Below are positions 16,562 to 27,174 of a stretch of DNA of 64,000 nt, in pieces. This DNA comes from a bacterium. GTDB lineage: Bacteria; Patescibacteriota; Minisyncoccia; Phycocordibacterales; UBA6899. The position numbers were made by a program, and so were the translations under genes. The stretch is taken from contig JAYUQG010000019.1 in the NCBI GenBank assembly GCA_043756865.1, forward strand, positions 33,772-97,771, read 5' to 3'. Under the pieces are notes generated by a model. The model was given only the letters and a program-made list of their open reading frames with translations, searched no databases and had not been told where the DNA came from. Within the stretch, counting starts at the first letter, position 1. Every line of letters begins with the position of its first letter.

Positions 16562-17305
16562 ATGTTTGATATATCAGTTATATCCGCATTTATTGGCGGA
16601 CTACTTACGTTTCTTGCTCCCTGCACACTCCCACTCATTCCCGCTTACTTGGCTTTTATCGGGGGTACGACCGGTCAGAGTGCACATGGTACGAGCGTGC
16701 GTCGCAACCTGCTTTTGAATGCAGTCTGTTTTATCCTCGGTTTTTCTTTTGTGTTTATTGTCTTCGGAATGGCGTCCGGCGCCCTTGGTACCTATCTTGT
16801 ACTTTATCGCAAAATTCTTGCTCAGATTGGGGGTGTTGTTGTAATCCTGTTCGGCATCTCAATGCTCGGGGTGTTTACATTGCCAAGTATATCCGCAGGG
16901 TGGGGAGGTTTTGTGCCAAAGTGGCTAAAGGCGGGAACAACAAAAGGTTCATTTCTGCTCGGACTGCTTTTTGCACTCGGCTGGAGCCCATGCCTCGGCC
17001 CCGTGCTTGGGACCATCTATATACTTGCAGTAACCAAGGGGACGGTGCTCGCAGGAGGAGCGCTGTTATTTGTATACTCGATGGGACTTGCGTTGCCATT
17101 TCTTGTCGTGGCCTACCTTTATGGTTCTGCGTGGACGTACGTGGGCACACTCGGCAAATTTCTCCCCGTTATAAGCAAGGCAGGCGCAGTGCTTCTGATT
17201 GTCATCGGACTACTCCTTGTCATTGGGCAGTTTGGTATGTTGAATACCTGGGTTATTAACCTTATTGGAGATATTGGGTATGACCGTTTTGTTGAATTGA
17301 TGTAG
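16562..17305 (+). CDS. ccdA: CcdA/DsbD-type transmembrane redox protein
   Basis: GLLTFLAPCTLPLIPAYL and WSPCLGPVLG motifs; about 6 TM. Confidence 0.9.
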   Translation: MFDISVISAFIGGLLTFLAPCTLPLIPAYLAFIGGTTGQSAHGTSVRRNLLLNAVCFILGFSFVFIVFGMASGALGTYLVLYRKILAQIGGVVVILFGISMLGVFTLPSISAGWGGFVPKWLKAGTTKGSFLLGLLFALGWSPCLGPVLGTIYILAVTKGTVLAGGALLFVYSMGLALPFLVVAYLYGSAWTYVGTLGKFLPVISKAGAVLLIVIGLLLVIGQFGMLNTWVINLIGDIGYDRFVELM

Positions 17306-17384
17306 TCCCTAAGTTAAACCCCAGAAGACAGTAGTTGCATGATTCCTGTTGGTTGCAAGTACTCAAAAAAGGTAGAATTACATC

Positions 17385-17894
17385 ATGGATAAAAAAAGCA
17401 CAATTGTTATCGCCGTTATTCTCGGTCTCGCGCTTGTCGGCTTTATCGTGATTTCATTTCAAAAATCTACACTTGATACGCAGTCCGCTACGCAGGACCT
17501 CGCGTCCACAACGCAGTGGATGAATAGCCCCGCTGCTCCGGCGGATAGTCAGCCGATGGCACAAAAAATTGTTATTACTGCAAAGCATGCCTACCGCACG
17601 GGTGAGCATATTATTGTTGGCGAAATCCCACTGCCAACGCAGTGTCACATCCTTGAGTCAAAGGGCATCGCTTCCGCCGACAAAAAACAGGTCTTTTTTG
17701 AGTTCATTTCAACCATTAAAACGGGTGAGGTTTGTGCGCAATCAATCACACCGGCACGTTTTCGAGTGAACGTGAAGGCGGACAAACCGGCACGCCTAAG
17801 CGCCACCCTAAACGGGCAAGAAGTTACCCTCAACCTCATCGAGGCTGGACCAAATGAAGACCTTGAAAATTTTGAGCTCTACCTTAAGGGGTAA
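17385..17894 (+). CDS. membrane-anchored hypothetical protein
   Basis: N-terminal TM; LPTQC...VCAQSIT Cys pair. Confidence 0.75.
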   Translation: MDKKSTIVIAVILGLALVGFIVISFQKSTLDTQSATQDLASTTQWMNSPAAPADSQPMAQKIVITAKHAYRTGEHIIVGEIPLPTQCHILESKGIASADKKQVFFEFISTIKTGEVCAQSITPARFRVNVKADKPARLSATLNGQEVTLNLIEAGPNEDLENFELYLKG

Positions 17895-18033
17895 TGTTGT
17901 CTCTGTCTAGCGCGGAAGCGTCAGGACTTACGTTCCCCGTCTGCCGTCGTAGTCCTTTACTTTTCACGAAAATACAGCCCCTTGCGTATTGGTTTTGACT
18001 CAGCTTCGGTACATTTGCTACCCTAGCGTTACT

Positions 18034-18576
18034 ATGCAAAAACAAAAACAACAGCTTTTACTCATGTTGGTGATTGGGGCGCTCGTAGGTGTATTTGCCG
18101 TTAAGGCATTTAGTGGTGACTCGGCCGATAATCTTAGTCGGGACGACGGGACTACTCCATCGGGTGCTACAACCACAAGTGTGATTGATGCTACGCCGAA
18201 ATCGAGTATTTCCAAAAGCAGCAGTTTTCCTATTCCTCCAAGTGTTCCCGCAAATACTCGGGTTGGGCTTTCGGTGTCAGACCAAGCCGCAGCACGCACC
18301 GTACTCATCTCAGGTCTCCAGACAGCAGAAACAGGATGGGTGGCAGTGTATGACGAAAAAGATGGTGCTCCTTTCTGGATACTTGGCGCACAAAAAATAA
18401 ACCCAAGTGACAAACAGGTGACCGTCGACCTACTTCGACCAGAAGGTATGATTTCAGGTAAGACTTACTTTGCGGCTATTCTCTTCGAGAACGGGGATGG
18501 GGTATTCAACAGGCTCACCGACCTTCCTCCACTCACACCCGACAAGGTAACTATCGTCAGCTTCAAGGCACTATAA
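18034..18576 (+). CDS. secreted/membrane-anchored hypothetical protein
   Basis: Signal-like N-terminus, Ser/Thr/Pro linker, beta-rich domain (VSDQ..GWVAVY). Confidence 0.7.
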   Translation: MQKQKQQLLLMLVIGALVGVFAVKAFSGDSADNLSRDDGTTPSGATTTSVIDATPKSSISKSSSFPIPPSVPANTRVGLSVSDQAAARTVLISGLQTAETGWVAVYDEKDGAPFWILGAQKINPSDKQVTVDLLRPEGMISGKTYFAAILFENGDGVFNRLTDLPPLTPDKVTIVSFKAL

Positions 18577-18705
18577 GATTTTTCACACTTAAAGACAGGC
18601 ACCTTGTGGTTACCCACAGAATGCCTGTTTTTTAGTTTCCCATGAAGTCATGCTATAATATTTGGGTAGACAGGCTCCTGCGAGGTAAGGCATGTCACTC
18701 TTTAC

Positions 18706-19923
18706 ATGAGAAATATCAGGGTACTAATGTTTGGCTGGGAATTCCCCCCGCATAATAGCGGTGGTCTTGGAACAGCCTGCTATGGACTGACCAAGGGGCT
18801 CACCCTTGCAAATGTTTCGATTACATTTGTATTACCAAAACGCCTCAGTGGTTTCGACCACGATTTTCTCAAAATTGTTTTTGCGAATATTCGCAATATC
18901 AAGCTACGCAGTATCACCAGTCTCATACATCCTTACATTACGTCTGAGAGATACGATGAATACTTGCGCACCGTACCCGAGGGTGCGATCTATGGACTCA
19001 ATTTGTTTGACGAAGTTCGGCGATATGGACTGCAGGCACGTATTATTGCGGCAGAAGAACCACACGACATTATTCACGCTCATGATTGGCTATCGTTTAG
19101 AGCAGGCATTGAAGCGAAACGTGTTTCAGGCAAGCCGCTTGTGGTGCACGTCCATGCCACAGAGTTTGATCGCACTGCAGGTCACCCAAACCAGTACATC
19201 TACGAAGAGGAGCGCCGGGGATTACACGCCGCAGACTGTATTATTGCGGTGTCACAGCACACCAAAAACGTAATCGTTGAACATTACGGCATCGATGCGA
19301 GTCGCGTAGCAGTAGTACACAACGGAATCGACATGGCAGACCACCGCAGATCGCTTCCGCCCGCGCTTGATAACATCCGTCACCACGGGAAAAAGATTGT
19401 TCTTTTTGTGGGGCGCATCACCATTCAGAAAGGACCGGACTATTTTATAAAGGTTGCGAAGCGCGTCCTTGAATACGACAAGAACGTTCTGTTTGTTATT
19501 TCAGGAGCAGGTGACATGGAGCACCAGATTATCAAGCTTGCCTCAAACATGGGACTCTCGGACAGCATTGTGTTTGCAGGGTTCGTACGTGGAGACGACC
19601 TCATGAAACTCTACCGTGCCGCAGACCTCTATGTTATGCCATCGGTGTCGGAACCGTTCGGTCTTACCGCACTAGAGGCACTTGCAAACGGTACCCCCAT
19701 TCTTGTCTCCAAGCAGTCGGGGGTTTCAGAAGTGCTTACACATGCGCTTAAGTCTGATTTTTGGGATATTGACGACATGGCAGACAAAATCATCAACGTT
19801 GTCGGTAGTAAAGGCCTTCAGGAGACACTTGGCGAGTTGGGTTCAAAAGACGTTGAGCACGTTACCTGGGAATCTGCAGCAGGGAAGTGTGTCTCCATTT
19901 ACCAGAATGCTATGAGAAATTAG
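18706..19923 (+). CDS. GT4 glycosyltransferase (glycogen synthase-like)
   Basis: MFGWEFPPHNSGGLG, HAHDW, HVHATEFDR, PSVSEPFGLTALEA. Confidence 0.93.
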   Translation: MRNIRVLMFGWEFPPHNSGGLGTACYGLTKGLTLANVSITFVLPKRLSGFDHDFLKIVFANIRNIKLRSITSLIHPYITSERYDEYLRTVPEGAIYGLNLFDEVRRYGLQARIIAAEEPHDIIHAHDWLSFRAGIEAKRVSGKPLVVHVHATEFDRTAGHPNQYIYEEERRGLHAADCIIAVSQHTKNVIVEHYGIDASRVAVVHNGIDMADHRRSLPPALDNIRHHGKKIVLFVGRITIQKGPDYFIKVAKRVLEYDKNVLFVISGAGDMEHQIIKLASNMGLSDSIVFAGFVRGDDLMKLYRAADLYVMPSVSEPFGLTALEALANGTPILVSKQSGVSEVLTHALKSDFWDIDDMADKIINVVGSKGLQETLGELGSKDVEHVTWESAAGKCVSIYQNAMRN

Positions 19924-19986
19924 TGTGCGTCATGGCGCTGAATCAAAGACGCAATACGTTTTGGATTAGTTTATAACTTTTATCAT

Positions 19987-21303
19987 ATGCCCTCAGTCTG
20001 TTTCTATTTTCAAGTGCATCAACCATACCGCGTCAAGAAGTACCGGATTTTTGATGTGGGCAACGATCACGAGTATTTTAATGACCGCTCTGACCGCGAC
20101 ATCAACAACGAAAAAATCTTGCACAAGGTCGCGAACAAGTGTTATCTCCCGACCAATGCACTTATGCTCGAGCTTCTTGAGCAGCACCCAAAGTTTAAAA
20201 TTGCATATTCTTTTTCTGGTGTTTTCCTCGACCAACTCGAGCAATTCTCCCCAGAAACGTTGCTCTCTTTCCAAAAGCTTGTGGCGACAGGGCGAGTCGA
20301 AATTCTCGACGAGACCTACTACCACTCACTCTCATTTCTCTATTCCAAAGAGGAATTCGTGAAGCAAGTAGAAATGCATCGCGCAAAAGTGAAAAAGCTT
20401 TTTGGCGTAACCCCAACAGTATTTCGTAACACCGAGTTGATATACAACAATGAGCTCGCTGCGTACGTGGAGGGCATGGGCTACAAGGCTATCATTGCAG
20501 AAGGAGCCGACCACCTACTAGGATGGCGCAGTCCGAATTTTCTCTATAAATCTCCAGGGACAAAGAAAATCAAGACCCTACTCAAGAATTACAAGCTTTC
20601 CGACGATATTGCGTTTCGCTTTTCGTCGCGTGACTGGGCTGAGTGGCCACTCACATCTGAGAAGTTTGCTGCATGGATAGGCAATGTAAATGGCAATGGC
20701 AATATTGTGAATCTTTTCATGGATTATGAAACTTTTGGAGAGCACCAATGGGAGGACACGGGCATTTTCAATTTTATGCGAGCGCTTCCGGGTGCAATAC
20801 TGGCAAATCCCGATAATGATTTCGTTACACCATCCGAAGCCGCAGAGAAATACCCCGTTGTAGGTGAGTTTGATGCACACAACTTTGTCTCATGGGCAGA
20901 TGTGGAGCGCGACCTTTCTGCGTGGCTTTCCAACAGTATGCAGCACGAGGCCATCAACAACATTTACGCAATGGAAGCAGATGTTCTTGCTACGGGAGAC
21001 CAGAGCATCATCGAGGACTGGCGCAAACTCCAGACTTCCGACCACTACTATTACATGTGTACAAAATGGTTTGCCGATGGCGATGTGCACAAGTATTTTA
21101 ACCCCTACGACACCCCCTACGAGGCATTTATTGCATTCAACAATGTGATTCACGATCTTCGAATACGTATTGAGGCACGTAAAAAGACGCGACAAGCAAG
21201 CAAGAAACCCGCGAAAGCTGGGGTAACTCCAAAAAAAGTGGCGAAGAAAGTAGCCTCCAAGACATCAAAGAAGGTTGCGAAAAAGAAGGTGGTCAAGGAA
21301 TAG
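19987..21303 (+). CDS. GH57 alpha-amylase with Lys/Ala-rich C-terminal tail
   Basis: FQVHQP, ETYYHSL, FRNTELIY, FMDYETFGEHQW, LQTSDH motifs. Confidence 0.95.
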   Translation: MPSVCFYFQVHQPYRVKKYRIFDVGNDHEYFNDRSDRDINNEKILHKVANKCYLPTNALMLELLEQHPKFKIAYSFSGVFLDQLEQFSPETLLSFQKLVATGRVEILDETYYHSLSFLYSKEEFVKQVEMHRAKVKKLFGVTPTVFRNTELIYNNELAAYVEGMGYKAIIAEGADHLLGWRSPNFLYKSPGTKKIKTLLKNYKLSDDIAFRFSSRDWAEWPLTSEKFAAWIGNVNGNGNIVNLFMDYETFGEHQWEDTGIFNFMRALPGAILANPDNDFVTPSEAAEKYPVVGEFDAHNFVSWADVERDLSAWLSNSMQHEAINNIYAMEADVLATGDQSIIEDWRKLQTSDHYYYMCTKWFADGDVHKYFNPYDTPYEAFIAFNNVIHDLRIRIEARKKTRQASKKPAKAGVTPKKVAKKVASKTSKKVAKKKVVKE

Positions 21304-21373
21304 CATTAAATTTTATTTTGAGTTTTACCCATGCTAAACAGCGCATGGTGAAATGTTTTGCTATACTATCCTT

Positions 21374-23350
21374 ATGGCGAAGTCCCTTGCTTTTGGAAAT
21401 GGAACAGTACTCGTTTGCACTGACCAGTACGCACGCGTGCGTGATTTGTATTTTCCCTACATTGGCCTAGAGAATCACGCAGGCGGGAGCAATGCGCATC
21501 GTCTCGGAGTGTGGGTGGACGGGCAATTTTCTTGGCTCGACGATGGATCGTGGGTTATCGATGTACGCTCAGACACTGCATATACTGGCCTTACCAGTGC
21601 GTCGTCTGAGCGACTTGGCATATCGCTACATTTCACTGATGTCCTTTTTAATGAAAAGAACATTTTTTTGCGTAAAATTAAAGTACACAATACGCATTCT
21701 CGCGAACGCGAAGTGCGCTTCTTTGTAAATCACCAATTCGAGATTTATCACTCTGAAAAAGGGGACACTGCATTTTATGACCCCGAGAATAACACGGTGG
21801 TTCACTATGAGGGCAGGCGGGCATTTCTCGTGAATGCATGGCAAGACGATCACGGATTCGATGATTATACCGTCGGAATTTTCCAAATTGAAGGCAAAGA
21901 GGGGACCTACAAGGATGCGGAGGACGGGGAACTTGCGAAAAATGTAATTGAGCATGGTCGTGTGGATTCGACAATTGGCATCAAGCTTGTCATTCCCGAG
22001 GACAGCGTAAAGACATTTCACTATTGGTTCACCGTTGGTGAGTCCGTTGACGAGGTGCGTGAACTGAACAAATATGTACTTGCGCACTCACCAGACGCGG
22101 TGATGAAATCTGCGCGTGACTATTGGCATGCGTGGGTGGAGCGCAACGAGTGGAACTACTACGGCCTCGGCGATAACCTCATTGATTTATTCAAGAAGTC
22201 ACAGTTTTTTCTACGCTCACACGTTGATAACCACGGGGGTATTATCGCTTCGGGAGATTCCGACATGCTTCAGGGGGGGCGAGACACCTACGCCTACGTG
22301 TGGCCACGCGATGCAGCATATGTTTCGGTTACATTAGACTGGCTTGGTGACCGTCATAGCGCAAGGAAATTTTTCGATTTCTGCAACTCTGTTATTACCA
22401 AGGACGGCTATCTGATGCATAAGTATCGCGCAGATTCCTCGCTCGGCTCATCTTGGCATGGATATGTTGTGGACGGAAAACCTGAGCTTCCTATACAGGA
22501 GGACGAGACTGCACTCATACTTTGGGCGCTTTGGGAGCATTGGCTGGCATCAAAGGATCTTGATTACATTGAGTCCATATACAACTCATTTATCGTCAAA
22601 GCAGCTACTTTCCTTGTGTCCTATCGAGACCCATATACCGGTCTACCGAAATCCTCATATAACCTCTGGGAGGAGAAGTTTGGCGTACATACGTATACCG
22701 CCGCGACTGTCTATGCAGGCCTCAAGGTTGCCGCACGATTTGCAGAAATACTTGGTAAAGATCGCTCAGAACATAACTTTGATGACGTTGCTGAAGAAAT
22801 GCGCCATGCAATCATCAAGCACCTCTACGATGAGGAGAAAGGATATTTTATCCGATCTGTTTCGCACGATAAGGATGGAAAACTCACCTACGACAGAACA
22901 CTCGATGCCTCGAGTGCATATGGCATATTTCTTTTCGGTGTACTGCCCAAGGACGATGCAAGACTTGTGCGTGCCATCAACCTCACCAAAGAGCGTCTCA
23001 CTATAAAAACACCGGTACTTGGTATGGCTCGTTATGAAGGTGACCAATACTATCGCAGAGTTGAGGACGTTCCCGGTAACCCATGGTTTATTACCACACT
23101 GTGGTACACGCAATATGCGATTAGTATCGCGAAAAGTGACCATGACTTGGATCAGGTACGCAGCGACCTGAACTGGGTTGAGCGTTCTTCGTTACGATCG
23201 GGAATCCTTTCTGAACAATTGAATCCGCACACGCGTGAACAGCTTGGCGCAGCACCACTTACATGGAGTCATGCCGAATACATTCGTACGGTTATTATGT
23301 ACATGCGTAAGCTCACGGAACTCGGGCTCATAAAAAAACATGTCGAATAA
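21374..23350 (+). CDS. GH15 glucoamylase-family protein
   Basis: YAYVWPRDAA, IQEDET, NLWEE, LSEQL..PLTWSHAEY motifs. Confidence 0.93.
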   Translation: MAKSLAFGNGTVLVCTDQYARVRDLYFPYIGLENHAGGSNAHRLGVWVDGQFSWLDDGSWVIDVRSDTAYTGLTSASSERLGISLHFTDVLFNEKNIFLRKIKVHNTHSREREVRFFVNHQFEIYHSEKGDTAFYDPENNTVVHYEGRRAFLVNAWQDDHGFDDYTVGIFQIEGKEGTYKDAEDGELAKNVIEHGRVDSTIGIKLVIPEDSVKTFHYWFTVGESVDEVRELNKYVLAHSPDAVMKSARDYWHAWVERNEWNYYGLGDNLIDLFKKSQFFLRSHVDNHGGIIASGDSDMLQGGRDTYAYVWPRDAAYVSVTLDWLGDRHSARKFFDFCNSVITKDGYLMHKYRADSSLGSSWHGYVVDGKPELPIQEDETALILWALWEHWLASKDLDYIESIYNSFIVKAATFLVSYRDPYTGLPKSSYNLWEEKFGVHTYTAATVYAGLKVAARFAEILGKDRSEHNFDDVAEEMRHAIIKHLYDEEKGYFIRSVSHDKDGKLTYDRTLDASSAYGIFLFGVLPKDDARLVRAINLTKERLTIKTPVLGMARYEGDQYYRRVEDVPGNPWFITTLWYTQYAISIAKSDHDLDQVRSDLNWVERSSLRSGILSEQLNPHTREQLGAAPLTWSHAEYIRTVIMYMRKLTELGLIKKHVE

Positions 23351-24665
23351 TCTCGTTATCACACATCGCAACACGGGGAGAATGAAGCATGGGACACATG
23401 CGGTTCTCGACCAGACCTACCACGAGGAGTTGCTACGAATATCCCGTCTGCGCTCGGGTGCATACGAAACTCGCGAACACGTAATTCGACTTCCCGCAGA
23501 TGCGAGTATGATTGCAGAAACAAAGCATATGGCAGAGCGCTTTTATAGTTCTACGCTTCGCTATGTTGTCGTTATTGGAATTGGTGGCTCAAATCTCGGT
23601 GCCAAAGCGGTGTATGACGCACTGCGTGGCTCACTTGACCTCGCATCACCAAACGAACCAAAAATCATTTTTCTCGACACCGTGAGCACGCACCTACTCC
23701 ATGCCATAACAGAAATGCTGCTCACCAAGACAACGCACGCAGAAGAAATCATTATCAACCTTGTGAGTAAGTCGGGGAGCACCACTGAGAGCATCGCGAA
23801 TTTCGAACTACTGATGGAGACACTTGCATCGCGCCTGCTCGATATCGAAAAGCGCGTTGTTATCACAACAGACAATGGTTCTCCACTGTGGAAGCTGGGA
23901 GAAGAGCGCGGTTACGGACTACTTACTATTCCCAAAATGGTTGGTGGGCGCTATTCAGTATTTTCGACTGTCGGACTCTTTCCTTTGATGCTTGCGGGAA
24001 TTGACGTCGTAGAGCTTTGCGAAGGGGCAAAAAATGTACTTGAGTCACTTGAGCCCAACTCACCATCCGGCAATCGGGCGAAGCGTGCCGCAGAGGAGTT
24101 ATACAGCTATCACAAAAGCGGCTGCAGTATATTGAATTTATTTTTCTTTAACCCTGAACTTGAATCATTAGGAAAGTGGGAACGACAACTTGTAGGGGAG
24201 TCGCTGGGAAAAGAGAAGGATAAGTCTGGAAAGACTGTACATGCAGGCATTACTCCAATCGTTTCCATTGGTTCAACCGATTTACACTCCATGGCACAGC
24301 TCTACTTTGGGGGTCCTCGAGATAAATACACCATGCTTATTCATGCTGGGGAGATAACCTCGAGAAAAATACAAGCGGAACCACTCTTGCCAGGACTTAT
24401 AGCGCACCTCGGTGGCAAATCGCCCACCGAGGTCATGGAGGCAATTTTTTCAGGAGTAATGGACGCTTATACCACAAATGAATTACCCTTTGTCGAAGTA
24501 CGCATGTCGCGACTTTCGGCACATACACTAGGCATGTATCTACAGTGGCGCATGCTCACCGTTATCTACCTCGCACACCTCATGCACGTGGACCCGTTTG
24601 ATCAACCAAACGTTGAAGATTATAAGAAGGGCACGCGAGAGCGGCTCGCATTGCAGAATAAATAA
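23340..24665 (+). CDS. pgi: glucose-6-phosphate isomerase
   Basis: IGIGGSNLG, SKSGSTTES, VGGRYSVFS, QLVGESLGK, DPFDQPNVEDYK. Confidence 0.92.
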   Translation: MSNNLVITHRNTGRMKHGTHAVLDQTYHEELLRISRLRSGAYETREHVIRLPADASMIAETKHMAERFYSSTLRYVVVIGIGGSNLGAKAVYDALRGSLDLASPNEPKIIFLDTVSTHLLHAITEMLLTKTTHAEEIIINLVSKSGSTTESIANFELLMETLASRLLDIEKRVVITTDNGSPLWKLGEERGYGLLTIPKMVGGRYSVFSTVGLFPLMLAGIDVVELCEGAKNVLESLEPNSPSGNRAKRAAEELYSYHKSGCSILNLFFFNPELESLGKWERQLVGESLGKEKDKSGKTVHAGITPIVSIGSTDLHSMAQLYFGGPRDKYTMLIHAGEITSRKIQAEPLLPGLIAHLGGKSPTEVMEAIFSGVMDAYTTNELPFVEVRMSRLSAHTLGMYLQWRMLTVIYLAHLMHVDPFDQPNVEDYKKGTRERLALQNK

Positions 24666-24674
24666 CGCAATTTT

Positions 24675-25535
24675 ATGTATATATTATTTGATATTGGTGG
24701 AACAAACATGCGTGTTGCGCTTTCCCGAGACGGCGAGACATTTGATGAGCCCAAAATTATTCCCACACCAAAAGATTTTGATCAAGGCATGCAAGCGATT
24801 AAGTCTCTTGCGGCGGAACTTTCACAGGGGATGACCGTTATTGCCGCTGCGGGTGGCATAGCAGGGACACTGTCGCGTGACCGAACCATATTTTTAAATG
24901 GACCGCACTTGCAAGGGTGGAACAGAAAACCCATTAAGGCCGCACTGACAGAGGCATTCGGGGGAGTACCCACCTTTGTTGAAAATGACACCGCAATCGT
25001 CGGGCTTGGCGAAGCCGTCGCGGGTGCAGGCAAGGGCTATCCTATTTGTGTATACCTGACTGTTTCAACTGGTGTTGGTGGGGTGCGCATTGTCGATCAA
25101 AAGATTGATGTTTCTGCTATGGGGTTTGAACCAGGGCATCAGATTATTGATGCAGGAGGCCTCTTGCGACAAACCTCGGTGGGGGGGCAGGGAACAGACC
25201 TTGAGGGATACGTTTCCGGTACTGCGATCAGCGAACGCTACGGAAAGAAGCCTTATGAAATTACTGACGAAGCATTCTGGGAAGAAATGGCACGACTACT
25301 TGCGTATGGCGTGAACAATACTATCGTCCACTGGTCTCCCGATGTCGTTGTAATTGGTGGATCTATGATGAAAAAAATTGGCATACCCATCGACCGTGTT
25401 CGCGCACATCTTCAGGGAATTCTTCAAATTTATCCTGAACTCCCTAGAATTGAGCACTCGGCGCTGGGGGACATCGGGGGGCTCTGGGGGGCACTCCATT
25501 TTGTGAAGCAGTGCTTAGGCAATGTCACAAAATAA
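24675..25535 (+). CDS. ROK family sugar kinase (glucokinase-like)
   Basis: FDIGGT, VENDT, TVSTGVGG, FEPGHQ motifs. Confidence 0.92.
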   Translation: MYILFDIGGTNMRVALSRDGETFDEPKIIPTPKDFDQGMQAIKSLAAELSQGMTVIAAAGGIAGTLSRDRTIFLNGPHLQGWNRKPIKAALTEAFGGVPTFVENDTAIVGLGEAVAGAGKGYPICVYLTVSTGVGGVRIVDQKIDVSAMGFEPGHQIIDAGGLLRQTSVGGQGTDLEGYVSGTAISERYGKKPYEITDEAFWEEMARLLAYGVNNTIVHWSPDVVVIGGSMMKKIGIPIDRVRAHLQGILQIYPELPRIEHSALGDIGGLWGALHFVKQCLGNVTK

Positions 25536-25780
25536 CATGGATCGTCTCGCTCTCATATTTACCCCATCTTCAACTTTACTTCAATCTCGGAATCTTCACC
25601 GTAATCCGACTACGCCTCAGCTTCCGCTCAATCAGCAAAGTCGCGACCTAAAAAATAATGAGCAATGCGAATATATTTTTGGAAGTACTCGTGGTGGTGA
25701 ATCTGTGGCAAATCTGAAACCGAATCCGACCATATTATTTAGTGACAGTGCCTAGAAAAAAGTAACAGTATTTAACTATC

Positions 25781-26494
25781 ATGAAAAAGCACCACAGCGA
25801 ACTCGATATTTTTGATGACCAAAAGTCACCATTCTTTGCAATCGCAAACAACACGCTTGCAATAGCTACACTTGTATCAATTTTGGCCATCGTCCTTGAA
25901 ACGGTAAATTCGTTTGCGCACTACCAGCCTATTTTCACGTTGGTTGAGTATACGACCACTCTGCTCTTTGCTGGTGAGTATTTTTTGCGCTTGTGGTTAG
26001 CAAAATCGAAAGCTCGATACGCGTTTAGTTTTTTTGGTATTGTCGACTTACTTGCCATTATCCCCACATTTCTCGGTATTGCGAATCTTACATTCCTTAA
26101 AGCCACACGGTCGTTACGCATCTTGCGCTTACTGCGCATGGTGCGACTTGCCAAACTGGCTAATCCTAAGAAAAGTTTACCCCACCCCGAATCTATATAT
26201 GGCTTAAATGTGGAAATTTACGGAATTGCACTCCTGCTTTCCATATTGCTTCTTGGAAGTGTCTTATTTGTGGTGGAGGGCCACGCTGCGTATGCCAAGG
26301 ATATCCCATCGGGCATGTATTGGGCATTTAAAGTGTTACTCGGGGGTATGCCATTTGAACAGCCGCTAACATTTGCGGGTACAATTGTGCTCGTCTTTGC
26401 ACGATTCGTCAGCTTGGTGTTACTCGGGTTGTTGCTCAGCCTTATGGGAACAGTCATGAGAAAACTCCTTATTGGCACTGAGGCTGACAAGTAA
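25781..26494 (+). CDS. voltage-sensor ion transport protein (Kv-like) with atypical pore
   Basis: IVDLLAIIP, S4 RSLRILRLLRMVRLAK; 6 TM; no GYG filter. Confidence 0.8.
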   Translation: MKKHHSELDIFDDQKSPFFAIANNTLAIATLVSILAIVLETVNSFAHYQPIFTLVEYTTTLLFAGEYFLRLWLAKSKARYAFSFFGIVDLLAIIPTFLGIANLTFLKATRSLRILRLLRMVRLAKLANPKKSLPHPESIYGLNVEIYGIALLLSILLLGSVLFVVEGHAAYAKDIPSGMYWAFKVLLGGMPFEQPLTFAGTIVLVFARFVSLVLLGLLLSLMGTVMRKLLIGTEADK

Positions 26495-26527
26495 AGCCTC
26501 CTTTGGTTCAAGAAAAAACCGCCATGG

Positions 26528-27034
26528 TTAGGCGGTTTTACGTTCGAGATTCAAGAACTTTTGTTTGTACAGATTGCGTTCATCGGCCTGATGCACCGTA
26601 AGCGAAGCGCGGTGCCACTCGAGTGGGTTGTATTCTGGAAAAAATGCATCACAGACAAAACAATCATCCACTTCGGTAATGAACATACGGTTTGCCTTGG
26701 GAAGTGCCTCTTTGTAGATGCTTGCTCCACCCATGATGAATACATCTTCGCTACTACCTTCCCTTGCTGCGACCCGTAGTGCTTCATGGAGCGAGTGGAC
26801 GTGCCAAACGCCTTTTGCGTGCCACTCGGGATCACGGGTTAGGACGATATTCATCCGGTTGGGAAGTGGTTTCTTGATTGAATCAAAAGTCTTCCGTCCC
26901 ATGATGACGGTACGCCCTGTTGTGAGTTCACGAAAGCGCTTCATGTCGCGTGGAATCTTTTCTGCCCACGGTACGGCATTGTTGATTCCAATGCCAAGGT
27001 TTCTATCCATCGCTGCTATGAGTGAAATGATCAT
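26528..27034 (-). CDS. folA: dihydrofolate reductase
   Basis: ISLIAAM..GIG, VIMGRKTFDSI..PLPNRMNIVL, MGGASIY, DAFFP. Confidence 0.95.
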   Translation of the reverse strand: MIISLIAAMDRNLGIGINNAVPWAEKIPRDMKRFRELTTGRTVIMGRKTFDSIKKPLPNRMNIVLTRDPEWHAKGVWHVHSLHEALRVAAREGSSEDVFIMGGASIYKEALPKANRMFITEVDDCFVCDAFFPEYNPLEWHRASLTVHQADERNLYKQKFLNLERKTA

Positions 27035-27174
27035 GCTGTGTCCTTTTGACGATACCTGTCTCAACTTTCAAGCTTTCCACAGACTCGCATAAAACAGATA
27101 TTTTGTCACCAGTACCAGAATCGCATATTTACTGCTAAAATACGCACAGTTTTGTACAGCAAAATAAGGTAACC

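Noticed and set aside
17915-17960. Hairpin AGGACT-TACG...CGTA-GTCCT
   Set aside because: Single occurrence with no known motif; compatible with an ordinary terminator.
18664-18700. Imperfect hairpin in the GT4 leader
   Set aside because: Too short and weak to call a riboswitch.
25522-25755. 77-aa ORF and weak AATCCGAC repeats between the ROK and channel genes
   Set aside because: No coding signal or array structure I can support.
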